Notes under the pieces: generated by a model
Databases searched by the model: none
The model's input: only the letters and a program-made list of their open reading frames with translations
What the model was told of the DNA's origin: nothing
Shown here: one piece after another, positions 27,381 to 32,000 of the stretch
How the letters are laid out: every line of letters begins with the position of its first letter
How positions within the stretch are numbered: position 1 is the first letter of the stretch
Position numbers and translations under genes: made by a program
NCBI RefSeq assembly: GCF_013365435.1
Contig: NZ_CP046577.1
Span: 720,001 to 752,000 of the forward strand
DNA from: Wolbachia endosymbiont of Litomosoides sigmodontis
Lineage (GTDB): Bacteria > Pseudomonadota > Alphaproteobacteria > Rickettsiales > Anaplasmataceae
Direction: 5' to 3'
Length of the DNA stretch: 32,000 nt

Positions 27381-30300
27381 TCATTCTTCTTTAGATTGTT
27401 GATCCTCACCAGAAGTGCTTGTTGCTTCAACATAATCTCCTTGACCACTGCATTCTTTTTTGCCCAGTACTTTTAGTTGTTCATTAGCTCGTTTTTGCTT
27501 TTTCTTTACATCTTTTCTATCATCATGTTTTCCTTTATTTAATATATTCGATGATTTCTTAATTTGGTTTTCCTTAGACATTGGAAGTTGAGCTTTAATT
27601 TCTACCAGATCTTTATGCATAACTCCTCTAATATGCTGGATATTTGCTTGAGTATCACGATCAAGGCCAACAGTTGACAGTATAGATTGTGATGCGCTAT
27701 TGGCAACATTGCTCACACCATTTATTATCCCATAACCAGCACCAAACATTGCTTGTGCTATGGTTTCTGATGCACCAACAAAAACTTCCATTGTACTGGC
27801 AACAATTAGATATATAAATGCCTGAATGAGATCTATAGGCAATGCTGCAAAATATCCACCAGTTCTTTCTCCGGTGCTGAGTGCAACATCAATACCAGTA
27901 CCAGGATTGTACCCAAGAGGTAGTATTGATTTCATAATGCAAAGATCGTACGATAAGAAATTTATGCTAACCAAGCATTGATAGCATGCAGAAAAATTCG
28001 TGAGGTTATACAAGACTGAATACATCAATTGGTTTAAAATGGATAAAGATGAAAATAAGATCACTGGTTGCACCGCAACATGAGCCAGAGTTTTTATCCA
28101 GTTATCAAACAGGGATTTAGTCTGTTGAAATAAAATCAATATAATAAACAAAGGTGCTAATGACAGCAAAAGCGCTACTAGAATAGTAGATATTACATAT
28201 TTAAATGTAGCACTAATAATACATTGTAAAAATATAAAACTAGAATAGAGTATTATCAGGAAAGCTATAAAACCAAAAGGACCAGCGAGCATTAATGATA
28301 AAAACTTTAACCAAGTTTCTCCTGTAAATAATACTCCCACTGTTAAGTCTAAGAATGCAAATCTTTTACCTCCCTCTTCTATGTAGCCAGAGAAACTATC
28401 AACTAGATAAGTGCTACCATCCACAAAAAGTTTAGATAAAGTCATGCCCAAGAATTCCCAACTTCTATCACTAAGGGCAAAAGCTATAAATGCTATCTTC
28501 ATCATCCTTACAATAAAGTCAAATTTACTTAGCTGTATTGTTCCAAGCATATAGCCAACAACAGTAAATATAACATATAGAGTAAGCAAAGCACTTACTC
28601 CTTGAAGGAGACCTTTTGCATACCCTTCATATGAAACTTTTATGCTGTTGTGAATTACTTCTTTTTTTATAAAATCAAATACCTTGTTTATATTTGATGA
28701 AATAAAATCATTAATCTTTCTTTTTACAAATAAGGTTACAATATACTTATTATTTTCATAATATTTACCATTTTTGTCCGTAATATCATCTTTCACGGCA
28801 CTTCTTACATCAATACCGAAATATATCTTTTTAGACTCTCCATTCTGAAAATGCTTTCCACTTATTACATTTAATATGTTATACTCATCTTTTCCCTTTC
28901 TTATTCCCACTACTTGAAAATCACTAGTTCCTACACCATGGAAATCTTTAGGTGGCTCATCACCTAAGTAGATATATAGTTTTTGGCCATTAATATATTC
29001 ACATGACTTAGTTACTTCAACATGGTAACCACCCCTATTATAGTAGTAATGATCATAATCTGCAATAGCAAGCATCACACTACTATCAGGTTTTACATCT
29101 TTAACATCTATTGCGTAATCATGATCTAACCTTAAAGAAAAATGCCTAAAATTATCGTCTAGTTCTGAGCATACCAAGTTCTTATGTACTCCTTTTCTTT
29201 TTGGAAGACATTGTGTACCTTTAGCAGTGTCCTTCATATCATCACGTTCGTTCTCAGGAATATTTGCATTACCTGAATAATCACTTATCTTTGCAACAAG
29301 AGCCTCAGCTCTAGAAATATCTTGATTCTTTTCATCATCTTCATCTTCGCTATCTTTATTACTTTCATTAACTAATTCAGTACTTTTCAGCTTCTTTTGA
29401 ATCTCTTCAAGATAAGAAGACATATCACACTTATTACCTTTATCGTATTTGTTATACCTTATAGAAGAGACACAGTTCCGTTCTTCGTTTCCATGTGAAC
29501 TATAATTCCATATACCACTCTCAGTATAGCACAAGTTTTGATAGTAACAGTTAAGCTCATAAGAGCTGTACTTCTTTATCTCATTAGAATCACACCTTCC
29601 TTCTTTGCATAGCTGATCTAACTCTATTTTAGTAGAACCCTGCCTTTGCACTTTGTTGAAGTCACAGTCTTTCCCATCACATAACTCATTCAACCCTATT
29701 TTAGTGCGACGTAAATCGAGTAACGAACCATGCATCCATGGGCTTTTGTCTTGAATATAGCCTTTATTAAAATACACTTTATTATCATACGGGGTATAGC
29801 CATTTCCAACTAGCACTTCTCTTTTTTCCATATTTCCTTTGCTAAGCTGTGGAAATTTTTCTGCTATCCTTTTACCATTATTTTCACAATAAAAGGTTCC
29901 TCCGTTGAGCAGATCCTTTATTGTAGCTTTGTCATCTCCTTTTTCAGTTTTATAACAATTGTCATCGAAACTGATGCCTTTTCCTTCTGGATTATCATAA
30001 TCAATTGTTATCTCTCTAGGAATTAGTCTGAATCTTAGTTTGTCACCAAAATTTACTTTGATTCCAGTATCAACATAACGTCTTTTGCTGTAAGATTGAC
30101 TGTTTCCAAATCCTACGTCCTTACACACTTCTTGTTTATTAAGGCCAGAATTATTAATTAACTTATCACTATAACTTGGTATTGAACCATCAGCACAAAA
30201 TACAGCAGGTACAAGTACTTTTCTTGGATTTTTACCTTCTTTAAGAGGACAAAAATTTATCGACCCATCGAGAGTAAATTTGATTTCCTCACCTTTACTG

Positions 30301-30473
30301 ATTACTTGACCAGAATCAATCCAATGAATTTTAGTACCTTTATCAGCTTTACGAACTGGAACATTTACATTAACGCTAGTATTTCTGCTCTGCAACCCAG
30401 GTTCAACACAATCTATATTGCAATTAGTGATTGCGAAATATAGTATCAATAATAGCAATCTTCTATTTATCAT
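27381..30473 (-). CDS. virB6: Extended VirB6/TrbL-family T4SS inner-membrane protein (1030 aa)
   Basis: N-terminal signal sequence (possible lipobox 'ITNC'). A ~620-aa Cys-containing periplasmic domain precedes the VirB6 polytopic core and a lysine-rich tail. The start overlaps the upstream gene's stop (ATGA, 30470-73). Confidence 0.88.
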   Translation of the reverse strand: MINRRLLLLILYFAITNCNIDCVEPGLQSRNTSVNVNVPVRKADKGTKIHWIDSGQVISKGEEIKFTLDGSINFCPLKEGKNPRKVLVPAVFCADGSIPSYSDKLINNSGLNKQEVCKDVGFGNSQSYSKRRYVDTGIKVNFGDKLRFRLIPREITIDYDNPEGKGISFDDNCYKTEKGDDKATIKDLLNGGTFYCENNGKRIAEKFPQLSKGNMEKREVLVGNGYTPYDNKVYFNKGYIQDKSPWMHGSLLDLRRTKIGLNELCDGKDCDFNKVQRQGSTKIELDQLCKEGRCDSNEIKKYSSYELNCYYQNLCYTESGIWNYSSHGNEERNCVSSIRYNKYDKGNKCDMSSYLEEIQKKLKSTELVNESNKDSEDEDDEKNQDISRAEALVAKISDYSGNANIPENERDDMKDTAKGTQCLPKRKGVHKNLVCSELDDNFRHFSLRLDHDYAIDVKDVKPDSSVMLAIADYDHYYYNRGGYHVEVTKSCEYINGQKLYIYLGDEPPKDFHGVGTSDFQVVGIRKGKDEYNILNVISGKHFQNGESKKIYFGIDVRSAVKDDITDKNGKYYENNKYIVTLFVKRKINDFISSNINKVFDFIKKEVIHNSIKVSYEGYAKGLLQGVSALLTLYVIFTVVGYMLGTIQLSKFDFIVRMMKIAFIAFALSDRSWEFLGMTLSKLFVDGSTYLVDSFSGYIEEGGKRFAFLDLTVGVLFTGETWLKFLSLMLAGPFGFIAFLIILYSSFIFLQCIISATFKYVISTILVALLLSLAPLFIILILFQQTKSLFDNWIKTLAHVAVQPVILFSSLSILNQLMYSVLYNLTNFSACYQCLVSINFLSYDLCIMKSILPLGYNPGTGIDVALSTGERTGGYFAALPIDLIQAFIYLIVASTMEVFVGASETIAQAMFGAGYGIINGVSNVANSASQSILSTVGLDRDTQANIQHIRGVMHKDLVEIKAQLPMSKENQIKKSSNILNKGKHDDRKDVKKKQKRANEQLKVLGKKECSGQGDYVEATSTSGEDQQSKEE

Positions 30474-32000
30474 AATAGGCTACTACCTCCTCCTGTAGGA
30501 GGTATTTTAGGCACGAGAGCTCTTTGCGGTATTTGGCCATTTTGGCTTGGTGCATTCAATTGTTGAGGAGCACCTCCTTCTCCGCTTCTTTCTCTTCTTT
30601 GAACATTTTCCTCATCTAACCCTACTATTCCCATTAAACTCTGTTGATATTGTTTTCCAGGCTCGCTCATTATATAAACACCAAATAATGAGTCAGATAT
30701 TTTTGAAGAAGCTTCAACTAAGGCCTTCATAGCGTGCCCCAAGATAACAAAAGCCATCATAGCAGTGATGTTAGGTGTATACTTGGAAGTATACCCGTGT
30801 AGAATACAAGATTCAAAAATTTTCAGGTTAATATTAAGTATACATGTAGAACAGATTTCAAAATTAAACACTGAATATATGATATAATCCATAACTTGAC
30901 TTATCAGTGATATAGAAATTAAAAGCACTACTGGATGAATCGCACATCTTGCTAGGTGCTTGATCCAATTGTGAAACATCTGCCTAGTATACGCAAATAG
31001 AAGGAAAATAATAAAAATAGGTGCTAAAGATAGCAATAACACAACTATTGCCATGGATATAATAAAAGAAAATAGAGCATTAAAAATAGATAAGCTCACT
31101 GTTATTAAACCCCAAATTACTAAACAGAAAGATACAATGCCCAAAGGGCCAGAAAATATAAGAGACACTATTAATAACACTGAATGTGATGATAAAAATC
31201 TATTTAACGGTAAATCGAGAAACTCAAAAACATTTGATGTCGTGCCCCTGAAGTTTGCTATTTCTATTAAATGTTTTGGAGCATCAATAAAAATAGAGAA
31301 TGCACTGTTATAGAAAAAACTCCAACTGCCATCCTGTAATAACTGGGCAATAGCTCCTATCTTTACGCATATAATCAAAAATTCATATATAGAAATATGA
31401 GATAATCCAAAAAAGTAATAAATGGTATATAAGATTACATATAATATTAACAGTGATACTATTGTAGATCTAATAGTTTTTGCCCTGCCAGATAATATAA
31501 AACTCTGGTAAAGAGACTTAGCAGAGCTAGTATCAGAACGAATTGCGTTAAGGTCTTTGTAGCTAGAGCCAAAAAATATAGTTTTTATTTTCTCATCAAA
31601 AAAATTATATATTGCGCTGAAGGTTTTTATAGGTGGCTTTTTGATTGTTAAGTTAATGCTAAATTGACCTTCATTTTTTTCATAACTGCAGCCATGATCC
31701 TTTATTCCGTAATATATAGTGCCGTTTTTGCCTTTTAATTTTTCTTTTAAGTCTTCCATATACCGAATATCATGAATTCTACCAATGTCTACAGGTATAT
31801 CTCCCTGATTTTCACCAGGGTTATGCTCAGGAAATTTATTAGAAACTCGTATATATAAGTTATCTTTTAGGCTATGTTTTTTTGTTACTCTTATGTTGAA
31901 ACCACCTTTACCACCGCTGTCACCTAACTTAAAAGTTAATTTTGGTACTGGATGGTCATTATCTATTTTGTAATCACAATTAGTACATATGCCACCTGTT
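30470..32000 (-). CDS. virB6: VirB6/TrbL-family T4SS protein, 5'-incomplete (the reading frame stays open to the window edge)
   Basis: The listed 429-aa ORF (ATG 31759) has no in-frame stop upstream through 31999. The extra 80 codons read '...GGKGGFNIRVTKKHSLKDNLYIRV...'. This aligns with 'RGGYHVEVTKSCEYINGQKLYIYL' in the N-domain of the 1030-aa paralog, so the true start is probably outside the window. Confidence 0.85.
   Translation of the reverse strand, partial: TGGICTNCDYKIDNDHPVPKLTFKLGDSGGKGGFNIRVTKKHSLKDNLYIRVSNKFPEHNPGENQGDIPVDIGRIHDIRYMEDLKEKLKGKNGTIYYGIKDHGCSYEKNEGQFSINLTIKKPPIKTFSAIYNFFDEKIKTIFFGSSYKDLNAIRSDTSSAKSLYQSFILSGRAKTIRSTIVSLLILYVILYTIYYFFGLSHISIYEFLIICVKIGAIAQLLQDGSWSFFYNSAFSIFIDAPKHLIEIANFRGTTSNVFEFLDLPLNRFLSSHSVLLIVSLIFSGPLGIVSFCLVIWGLITVSLSIFNALFSFIISMAIVVLLLSLAPIFIIFLLFAYTRQMFHNWIKHLARCAIHPVVLLISISLISQVMDYIIYSVFNFEICSTCILNINLKIFESCILHGYTSKYTPNITAMMAFVILGHAMKALVEASSKISDSLFGVYIMSEPGKQYQQSLMGIVGLDEENVQRRERSGEGGAPQQLNAPSQNGQIPQRALVPKIPPTGGGSSLL

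Noticed and set aside
1734-31313. About twenty 60-130-aa ORFs from the track lie inside, and antisense to, the large genes. They are 1734..2009, 2589..2864, 4286..4585, 6652..6843, 8640..8876, 8928..9176, 9501..9719, 10414..10692, 13629..14024, 14570..14857, 15295..15537, 19104..19292, 20391..20600, 23481..23747, 23921..24220, 24514..24711, 25615..25809, 25705..25917, 26928..27239, 30547..30732 and 31053..31313.
   Set aside because: Each is fully or almost fully embedded in a much longer ORF with clear family signatures on the other strand (25705..25917 is same-strand but out of frame within virB6). Their compositions are the low-complexity or hydrophobic shadows expected in AT-rich DNA, and I see no recognisable motifs.

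Overview
AT-rich window (roughly one-third G+C by eye). Gene content and organisation look like a Rickettsiales/Anaplasmataceae endosymbiont chromosome, most likely Wolbachia-like. This is inferred from protein signatures only; no database search was possible. Most housekeeping genes are on the minus strand: an AsmA-family gene and murJ (4-nt overlap), tRNA-His, a membrane-anchored cytochrome c, recJ (+), a solitary nuoD, a 653-aa porin-like beta-barrel OMP with a long lysine-rich N-terminal extension, tightly packed murC-eno-obg, and rsmD. The right-hand ~8.7 kb is the distal part of a Rickettsiales-type (rvh) type IV secretion operon. It holds three very large VirB6/TrbL paralogs, one of which runs off the window edge. 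They are followed by a 214-aa acidic orphan ORF whose start overlaps the last virB6 by 8 nt; this ORF is my best candidate for something undescribed. The accessory fraction is dead IS630/Tc1-mariner-family debris in at least eight pieces. It includes a TA-flanked nested insertion, two large near-identical inverted-repeat structures that bracket the porin gene, a MITE-like deletion derivative and a 50-bp-stem foldback. Gene decay is visible: alpha/beta-hydrolase and rlpA pseudogenes and a ~1 kb ORF-free stretch. I saw no CRISPR array, rRNA gene or prophage module.
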